Source: Phascolarctobacterium succinatutens (GTDB lineage Bacteria; Bacillota; Clostridia; Christensenellales; CAG-917). From it: a DNA stretch of 64,000 nucleotides. Below the pieces are notes generated by a model. That model saw nothing but the letters and a program-made list of their open reading frames with translations. It had not been told where the DNA came from and searched no databases. The stretch spans positions 17,762-81,761 of the forward strand of contig CAVBBF010000002.1 of the NCBI GenBank assembly GCA_963593735.1, in the 5' to 3' direction. The position numbers were made by a program, and so were the translations under genes. Positions 57,675 through 64,000 of the stretch are shown here, piece by piece. Positions within the stretch are counted from its first letter, which is position 1, and each line of letters opens with the position of its first letter.

Positions 57675-58769
57675 TTGAAAATAACCGCCGTAATCGCAGA
57701 ATATAATCCGTTTCACAACGGGCATCTCAAACAACTCAAAAAAGCAAAGCGCGAAACGAACGCGGACGCGCTTGTTGTTGTTATGAGTTCGTCCTTCACG
57801 CAACACGGCGATTTGAGCATAGCCGACCGCTACACTCGCGCAAACTGGGCAATTCAGGCAGGCGCGGATTTGGTGCTGGAACTTCCCACCGTATACTCGC
57901 TTTCAACAGCAAAAGGATTTGCCGAAGGCGCGCTCAAAACGCTGTCAATGCTGGGCGAATACACCCTCTCTTTCGGCACGGAAAGCGACGAAATCGAGGA
58001 GTTGAATATGGCTGCGGAGTTTATGAGAAGCGAATCAAAAGACGTATCGAATCTTCTCAAAGGCTATTTGAGCGAAGGCTATTCCGTCGCAAAATCGAGG
58101 ACCCTCGCTCTCGACAAAATTCGCCCCGACGTGTCCAATATGCTAAAATCCCCCAACAACATTCTGGCGGTCGAGTATATGAAAGCGGGCGCGGCATACG
58201 GCGGCAAGGTTCAATACCACTCGATCGAGCGTAAGCCCGACGATGACAAAAAATTTATGTCATCCACAAAAATCCGCAATCTAATCGCACAAAATGCCGA
58301 CGTTTCGGCATTCATTCCGCCGTTTGTCGACCTTTCGACGCACGCAAATATCGACAAATACAACGTCATTTCAACCTACGCAATGAAAGCGATGAACGCT
58401 TCGCAACTCAAGGAAATCGCCAACATCAGCGAGGGTATGGAAAATCGCATTTCGCAATCCTCGTTCAACAATATGGACGAGTTTTTGGGGCTGACGAGCA
58501 AACGCTACACTCGCTCGACCATAAAGCGAATCGCCGCAAGCGCGACTTTGGGGCTTACAAAAGACCTCATTAATCTTGCAAACGAGCAACCGCCCTATTG
58601 CACCGCTTTGGCATTCAAACCCTCAAAAAAGAAAGCGTTGTTTGCGCTTTTGGCTCAATCGGATGGTTATTTCTTCTTCAAGCACAGCGATTGCGATAAG
58701 GCTTGCCCTGTTCGTCCTCTCGTAGACCTCGACGAAAAAGCCGCAAAGATTCAAAAATTATGTATTTAA
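57675..58769 (+). CDS. tmcAL: tRNA(Met) cytidine acetate ligase-like nucleotidyltransferase (YlbM/TmcAL family)
   Basis: 364 aa with a TTG start and GAGGA RBS: MKITAVIAEYNPFHNGH. Confidence 0.8.
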   Translation: MKITAVIAEYNPFHNGHLKQLKKAKRETNADALVVVMSSSFTQHGDLSIADRYTRANWAIQAGADLVLELPTVYSLSTAKGFAEGALKTLSMLGEYTLSFGTESDEIEELNMAAEFMRSESKDVSNLLKGYLSEGYSVAKSRTLALDKIRPDVSNMLKSPNNILAVEYMKAGAAYGGKVQYHSIERKPDDDKKFMSSTKIRNLIAQNADVSAFIPPFVDLSTHANIDKYNVISTYAMKAMNASQLKEIANISEGMENRISQSSFNNMDEFLGLTSKRYTRSTIKRIAASATLGLTKDLINLANEQPPYCTALAFKPSKKKALFALLAQSDGYFFFKHSDCDKACPVRPLVDLDEKAAKIQKLCI

Positions 58770-58782
58770 ATATTCCTTAATT

Positions 58783-58890
58783 GCGGCTTTGCCGCAATAT
58801 CGTTGTCCGAAAGGACAATATCCCTTGCGCGTAGCGCAAATATAACTGCACATAGTGCAATATCGTCGTGCCTCGCGGCACGCTTTTTTT
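58783..58890 (+). repeat. Array of five variable mini-hairpins joined by CAATATC linkers; the last doubles as the tmcAL terminator
   Basis: TTGCGGC-ttt-GCCGCAA TATCG TTGTCC-gaaa-GGACAA TATCCC TTGCGC-gta-GCGCAA ATATAAC TGCAC-ata-GTGCA ATATCGT CGTGCC-tcgc-GGCACG CTTTTTTT, with a period of about 21 nt. Confidence 0.7.
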
Positions 58891-58968
58891 ATTGTCGAAC
58901 TACAAACAAATTATTAGTAAACTTCGCTTCAAGTCATTATTTAGCACGTTTACGGAATATGATTTTGT

Positions 58969-59931
58969 ATGCACAAACTCAAAAAGGCACAAATTCCGAA
59001 AGTTTTTGCCTGCATTGCCGTAATCGCTTTTATGTCGTTTATGCTCGCAAAACCCGACTATTACCTCGATTCGGCAAGGCGAGGTTTGAGTTTGTTTGCC
59101 TCGAGCGTTCTTCCCTCTCTGTTCCCCTTCTATTTCTGCTCTTTGCTTTTGACGTATATGGGCGCGGTCGGCACGATATCCAAAGCAGGCGCAAAAGGCG
59201 TAAAACTTATGTACAATGCGCCAAAAGAGAGCGCATACGTCTTGTTTTTGAGTATGCTGTGCGGCTACCCGGTCGGCGCAAGCATCATATACGAGTTGTA
59301 CAGCGCAGGCGTAATCTCGCAAAAAGACGCAAACTGCGTGTGTTCGTTCTGCTCTACGTCGGGTCCTGTGTTTATGATCGGCACGATAGGCGGCGCGATT
59401 TTCGCAAATCGAAAAGTAGGTCTTATCGTCCTTGTCGCGCACTATCTCGGCGCAATCGCAAACGGTTTTATATATCGCAAAAAGACGGGCGACGGCAAAG
59501 ACGTTTCCACCTTTTCCTCGCAAAGCGACGTTGACGGACTTTTATCGAGAGCAATATCGAAAGCGACGATAAATATGCTGTATGTGGGCGGGTATATCGT
59601 CATATGCGGAATGATTGTGGACACTCTCGAACTTGTGGGAATCAGAAACGCGCTGTCGAATCTCAACTACGCAAGCGAACCCGTATTGTCGGCAATATAT
59701 TCCCTCATCGAAATGACAAGGGCGAGCATCGAATGTTCAAAATGCCAAAACTTGCAACTGGGCGTTACGCTTTGCACGGGCGCGGTTTCGCTCGGCGGAT
59801 TGTCGATAACTTTGCAGAACTATACGTTCCTGTCAAAATGCGGCGTAGGCTTTTGGAAACTTCTCTTAAGGAAAGCCACGCAATGTGCGATAAGTATGAT
59901 TGTTGCGTTTATTTTGGGATTTTTGCTGTAA
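58969..59931 (+). CDS. ylbJ: YlbJ-like sporulation integral membrane protein (nucleoside-recognition domains)
   Basis: 320 aa, multi-pass, with an N-terminus like YlbJ (RGLSLFASSVLPSLFPFYF). Follows the ylbM homologue. Confidence 0.7.
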   Translation: MHKLKKAQIPKVFACIAVIAFMSFMLAKPDYYLDSARRGLSLFASSVLPSLFPFYFCSLLLTYMGAVGTISKAGAKGVKLMYNAPKESAYVLFLSMLCGYPVGASIIYELYSAGVISQKDANCVCSFCSTSGPVFMIGTIGGAIFANRKVGLIVLVAHYLGAIANGFIYRKKTGDGKDVSTFSSQSDVDGLLSRAISKATINMLYVGGYIVICGMIVDTLELVGIRNALSNLNYASEPVLSAIYSLIEMTRASIECSKCQNLQLGVTLCTGAVSLGGLSITLQNYTFLSKCGVGFWKLLLRKATQCAISMIVAFILGFLL

Positions 59932-60051
59932 GAAAAAATAAATCAAATAAAAATTCGTAAAAAATGACATAAAATATTGACTTTTTGCATTGCCCTTTTG
60001 TATTGTGTAGCCACAGGGATTCGAATTTCCAACAATTCCGGAGGGAAAACA

Positions 60052-60540
60052 ATGAAAAAAAATTGGTGCAACACGGTGCTTGTTGCTTATGTCCTTTTAC
60101 CGAAAATCGTAAAAGAGCTGAACTTCGGCATCGAAAGTCGAGTAAAATCGAGTTTTCAAAGCAAACATCTCAAAATGGGTGTAAGCAACGAGCAATTAAT
60201 AGGTGAAATCATCGCACTCACCGACGAAAAGCGCAAAATCGTCAATCTGCGATATCTCATCACCCAATCGCTCAACCAAATGAAAGACAAATCGCGCGAG
60301 ATACTTGTCGACAGAATGTTCCGCAAACTTACATTCGAAGAAATCTCGAAAGAACGCAACATCGCAATGCGCACGACGTTCAGGCGGCTGGAAAACGCCG
60401 AAGCCGAGTTCGCGCAAATCCTATCCGCTCTGGGCTACGATGAAAGCGCGCTGCAAAAAGATTTTGCAAACGACAAATACATCTCGTCAATACACAAGCG
60501 ACTTCAAACCGACAAATATTTTGTCGCAAAGAATATGTAA
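60052..60540 (+). CDS. Small protein with sigma-70 region-4-like HTH (ArpU/ECF-sigma-like)
   Basis: I place the start at ATG 60052 (GGAGGG 6 nt upstream). The segment ...SREILVDRMFRKLTFEEISKERNIAMRTTFRRLENAEAEF resembles sigma region 4. Confidence 0.5.
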   Translation: MKKNWCNTVLVAYVLLPKIVKELNFGIESRVKSSFQSKHLKMGVSNEQLIGEIIALTDEKRKIVNLRYLITQSLNQMKDKSREILVDRMFRKLTFEEISKERNIAMRTTFRRLENAEAEFAQILSALGYDESALQKDFANDKYISSIHKRLQTDKYFVAKNM

Positions 60541-60810
60541 AACCCCATCTCAGTTGAAAAAATGTTGAACCGACACTCGTCGGCTGTTTGCCGTTGCAAA
60601 AATCGAAAAAAGATAGGAAAAACAAAGCGTTTTTGCAAAAAAACAATAGATTCGAATGACGTTTCAACAATTACGCAACTCGAAATTTATGCAAAAAAAA
60701 ATAAACAAGCGGCAACAATAAATCGACCTAAAACAACAACTTAAAAACATCGAACCAACTTACAAAATAAACATCGTCAAACTTAAATCATTAACTCAAA
60801 ACTTATGCAA

Positions 60811-60840
60811 AACGCCGTCGTCTGACGGCGTTCCTTCTTT
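60811..60840 (+). terminator. Intrinsic terminator about 270 nt after the sigma-like gene
   Basis: AACGCCGTC-GTCT-GACGGCGTT followed by CCTTCTTTTC. Confidence 0.65.
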
Positions 60841-60935
60841 TCTGTCCTGCCCTGCAATTTGCAACTGAAAATCGGATAAACTTTAGTTTATTTTAAAAGC
60901 ATTTGCAAGAATTCTGACTGTTTTGTTTTATACAA

Positions 60936-61652
60936 TCAATAGCAATTCTTGATTGTGATGTTCAAAAATGCGTCCATATCGAACAATGTCCACGGCGCAA
61001 CTTCGGGCGGATAGACTCTAAACACCATTTCTTTACCGCTTACGGGGTGCGCAAAGCGAAGTTCACTCGCCCAAAGGCAAAGGGGGAATTTCGTTTGCGA
61101 GCCGTTGCCGTATCTCTTGTCGCCTACAATGGGATTGCCCATATTTGCAAGTTGCACTCTGATTTGATGACCGCGTCCGGTGACGAGGTTGACCATAAGC
61201 AAACTTACGTCCGTTTTTTTGCTCAAAACCTTGTAGTCGAGTTCGGCGTATTTTGCGCCTTCCGAGAGTGCCGGCACCACCTTGACCGTATTTGTATCGG
61301 GGAATTTTTTGAGATAGCAAGTGAGTTTGTCCGCGCTGTATCTCGGCGCGCCTTCGACGATTGCCAAATATCTCTTTTCCACACCGCCGTCGCGGATTGC
61401 CTGACAAAGTCTCGAAGCGGCTTTCGAGGTTTTTGCAAACACCATTACGCCACCCGTGGGTCTGTCGAGCCTGTGCACGAGTCCGAGATATGCGTCGCCG
61501 GGTTTGTTGTACTTTTCCACAAGATACTGTTTGAGCATGGTGAGCATATCCGCGTCGCCGCTCTCGTCCGCTTGCACGGGAACGTCGTAAGGCTTGACGA
61601 CAACCAAAATGTGGTTGTCCTCGTATACGATTTTGAGGTCTTGATAAGTCAT
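60936..61652 (-). CDS. RluA family pseudouridine synthase
   Basis: 238 aa with HRLDRPTGGVMVFAKT and GRGHQIRVQL. No S4 domain. Confidence 0.85.
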   Translation of the reverse strand: MTYQDLKIVYEDNHILVVVKPYDVPVQADESGDADMLTMLKQYLVEKYNKPGDAYLGLVHRLDRPTGGVMVFAKTSKAASRLCQAIRDGGVEKRYLAIVEGAPRYSADKLTCYLKKFPDTNTVKVVPALSEGAKYAELDYKVLSKKTDVSLLMVNLVTGRGHQIRVQLANMGNPIVGDKRYGNGSQTKFPLCLWASELRFAHPVSGKEMVFRVYPPEVAPWTLFDMDAFLNITIKNCY

Positions 61653-61753
61653 AATTGAGTCCTATATGTCGTTTTTCGATTGTGTTTCGCAGTTGCGATT
61701 TCGGCGGATATTTTCTCAAATATCGTCATAAATCGAGCATCTAACCATATTTT

Positions 61754-62614
61754 TTATTTTGCAAACGTTGCAAACGCCGTGCAGCCTTGCGGCAAAACAA
61801 GCCCTTCTTCGGTTTTAAGCCCGATTTCGTCGGCGTCTATTTGCGCACTGCTTGGCAATGTGAGTTTCAAGATGTTTGCCATAACCGTCGGCTGCAATCC
61901 CGTCGTGTAGGAATTGAGGCAAACGAACAGCGGATCGTCCGAGAGCAAACTCGCAACGAGTTCGCAAAGTTCGGATATTCCTTCCTCGATCTTCCACTTT
62001 TCGCCGTTGGGACCTCTGCCGAAACTCGGCGGGTCGAGAATGATTGCGTCGTACTTTCTGCCTCTGCGGATTTCTCTTTGGCAGAATTTGAAGCAATCGT
62101 CTATGATATATCTCATTCCCGAATTGTCGAGACCGCTCAAACGCACGTTTTCGCCCGCGCGCTCGACCATTGCTTTGGCGCTGTCGACGTGGCATACCTT
62201 TGCGCCTGCTTTGAGGCAAGCGACGGAAGCCGCGCCCGTATATCCGAAAAGGTTAAGCACGGATATTTCGCGACCCGATTCGGAGATAAGTTTCATCATT
62301 CTGTCCCAGTTGACCGCCTGTTCGGGGAAAAGTCCGGTGTGCTTAAACCCCATAAGTTTTAGCGAAAAGGTCAAATCTCGCCACGAAAGCGTAAACTCGG
62401 ACGGCACGTTGCGCTTGAATTTCCACATACCACCGCCCGTGCGAGAGCGTTCGTACACCGCGTCCACGTCCTTGTAACTCGCAAGCGGCGTTTTTGCGTG
62501 CCAAATCACTTGCGGATCGGGTCGCAAAAGCGTGATATTCCCCCACTTTTCGAGTTTTTCGCCGTCGCCTGTGGCGATAACCTTGTATTCTTTCCAGTCG
62601 GGTGCGATTTTCAT
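61754..62614 (-). CDS. Class I SAM-dependent (RlmI/RlmK-like) methyltransferase
   Basis: 286 aa, ...VLNLFGYTGAASVACLKAGA.VCHVDSAK...ILDPPSFGRG. The start overlaps the ileS stop (TAATG). Confidence 0.75.
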   Translation of the reverse strand: MKIAPDWKEYKVIATGDGEKLEKWGNITLLRPDPQVIWHAKTPLASYKDVDAVYERSRTGGGMWKFKRNVPSEFTLSWRDLTFSLKLMGFKHTGLFPEQAVNWDRMMKLISESGREISVLNLFGYTGAASVACLKAGAKVCHVDSAKAMVERAGENVRLSGLDNSGMRYIIDDCFKFCQREIRRGRKYDAIILDPPSFGRGPNGEKWKIEEGISELCELVASLLSDDPLFVCLNSYTTGLQPTVMANILKLTLPSSAQIDADEIGLKTEEGLVLPQGCTAFATFAK

Positions 62615-64000
62615 TAGATTTTCTTCACCGAAATTGTAACGTTGTCGCCGTTGATGTCGCAGTCTTTTGCAAAGCCGTCGATTGTGGTCGTGATTTTGTC
62701 TGCAAGCACGTCGGAGAGGAAGTCCGCCCTCTCAAAAACTTTGAGCGCAACGCCCTCCGCCTTGTAGCCTACTACGATGTGATCGGTCACTTCGAAGCCC
62801 GCTTCCTTTCTCATCGTTTGAATCTTGGACACGATTTCACGTTCCGCACCCTCGAAAATGAGATCGTCGGTGAGTTGCGTATCCAAAACGACGGTGGTTT
62901 CGCCGTCGCTTTCGCTCGAATAGCCTTCCTTGTTCTTCATGCTGATAAGGAGGTCGTCTTTTGAAAGTTCGACTTCTCTGCCGTCTACGTCCGCTTTGAA
63001 CAAGCCGCGCGACTTGATTGCCGACACGATTTCGTTTGCGCGAGCCTGCAAAACCTCTCTGATTTTGCCAAGCAAACTGCCGTATTTAGGACCGAGCGTG
63101 CGAAGTTGCGGTTTCAAATCGTAACTTACGAACACGTTGCTGTCGCCCGAAACTTCAACCGATTTGACGTTGAGTTCGTTCTCTACGAGCTCTTTGAGGT
63201 CGTTTGAAAGTTCGTATCTGCCGTTGTAGAAGAGTTTCGAAAGCGGTTGTCTGTTTTTGAGGTTAGAGGCGTTTCTTGCCGCTCTGCCGAGCACGACGAG
63301 TTTGAGAACGTCGCCCATGCCGTTTTCGAGTTCCTCGTCGATATACTTCTCGTCCGCAACGGGGAAAGAGCAAAGGTGTACGCTTTCGGGTGCGTCCGCA
63401 TAGAAGTTGCAAACAAGGTTGCGATACATACATTCCGCCATAAACGGCGTGTACGGCGCAAGGATTTTCGAGAGCGTCGAAAGCACGGTATACAGTGTCG
63501 TATACGCCGCTTCCTTGCTCTTTGACATCTCGCTGCCCCAGAAGCGCTCGCGCGAACGACGGACGTACCAGTTGGAAAGGTTGTCCACAAATTCCGCGAT
63601 AGCGCGCGATGTTTCAGTGATTTTGTACTGATCCAATCCCTCGTCAACCGTCTTAATGAGCGAGTTGAGGCAGGAAAGAATCCATCTGTCCATAATCGTG
63701 AGTTTTTGGTCTTCGAGTTTATGCTCCGCAGGATTGAATTTGTCGATTTCGGCATACAGGACGAAGAATGCATAGGTGTTCCAAAGCGTACCCATAAACT
63801 TACGTTGGGATTCGCTCACCGCGTCGGCGTGGAATCTCGACGGAAGCCACGGCGCGCTCGTGGTGTAGAAATACCATCTCGTTGCGTCTGCGCCCTGCTT
63901 GTCGAGCACTGTCCACGGGTCTACGACGTTGCCCTTGTGCTTTGACATCTTCACGCCGTCCTTGTCGTTGACGTGACCGAGAACGATACAGTTTTTGAAC
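62614..64000 (-). CDS. ileS: Isoleucine--tRNA ligase, C-terminal part (continues past right edge)
   Basis: The frame stays open to the window edge: FKNCIVLGHVNDKDGVKMSKHKGNVVDP (KMSKS loop), followed by anticodon-binding and C-terminal domains. Confidence 0.9.
   Translation of the reverse strand, partial: FKNCIVLGHVNDKDGVKMSKHKGNVVDPWTVLDKQGADATRWYFYTTSAPWLPSRFHADAVSESQRKFMGTLWNTYAFFVLYAEIDKFNPAEHKLEDQKLTIMDRWILSCLNSLIKTVDEGLDQYKITETSRAIAEFVDNLSNWYVRRSRERFWGSEMSKSKEAAYTTLYTVLSTLSKILAPYTPFMAECMYRNLVCNFYADAPESVHLCSFPVADEKYIDEELENGMGDVLKLVVLGRAARNASNLKNRQPLSKLFYNGRYELSNDLKELVENELNVKSVEVSGDSNVFVSYDLKPQLRTLGPKYGSLLGKIREVLQARANEIVSAIKSRGLFKADVDGREVELSKDDLLISMKNKEGYSSESDGETTVVLDTQLTDDLIFEGAEREIVSKIQTMRKEAGFEVTDHIVVGYKAEGVALKVFERADFLSDVLADKITTTIDGFAKDCDINGDNVTISVKKI

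Noticed and set aside
58803-59534. 243-aa plus-strand ORF (MSERTISLARSANITAHSAISS...).
   Set aside because: It starts inside the hairpin array and then overlaps ylbJ out of frame. It is Arg-rich and low-complexity, whereas the ylbJ frame gives a coherent membrane protein.

Overview
This window is a 64-kb chromosomal segment from a Bacillota (Clostridia-like) bacterium. The assignment rests on gene content and order: a recG-yloV-yloU / rpmB / rpe-rsgA-rlmN-rsmB-fmt-def-priA-coaBC-rpoZ-gmk-yicC-ligA-pcrA block; an rplS-yraN-rnhB-ylqF-trmD-rimM-ylqC-rpsP-ffh-ylxM-ftsY-smc-rnc-plsX-rpmF-ackA-pta block; and ylbM/ylbJ-like genes. I call 56 protein genes (47 on the minus strand, 9 on the plus strand). 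Both window edges cut genes: recG on the left, which is absent from the ORF track because its stop lies outside the window, and ileS on the right. I also call one tRNA-Ser(GGA), several intrinsic terminators and a few promoters. I see no cas genes, integrase, transposase or recognisable defence genes. Housekeeping synteny is interrupted at about 19.9-29.4 kb by an accessory pocket. It holds a disordered protein with tandem DUF1508 domains, a MerR-controlled aldo/keto-reductase / ECF-S / DUF1893 operon, a small membrane protein, a CNNM/CorC transporter and a flavin-reductase-like protein. The most unusual locus is non-coding, at 25.5-26.7 kb. The tRNA-Ser gene sits inside a roughly 1.15-kb minus-strand unit. 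That unit comprises a near-consensus promoter, a structured leader about 165 nt long that contains a tRNA-like minihelix, the tRNA itself, and a tandem A-B-A-B-A composite repeat with a 323-bp period, bracketed by two terminators. The repeat carries five copies of a three-tier hairpin, and its wobble pairs work only on the minus strand. It also carries two identical multi-branch modules whose closing helix is built from inverted copies of the tRNA-Ser 3' end. I could not match it to any RNA family I know. Other non-coding oddities are: arrays of variable mini-hairpins joined by conserved ATATC linkers at two loci, a 500-bp MITE-like inverted-repeat element between smc and ftsY, and split parS half-sites upstream of smc. 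All coordinates of small elements were counted by hand and may be off by 1-2 nt. No database search or folding computation was possible.
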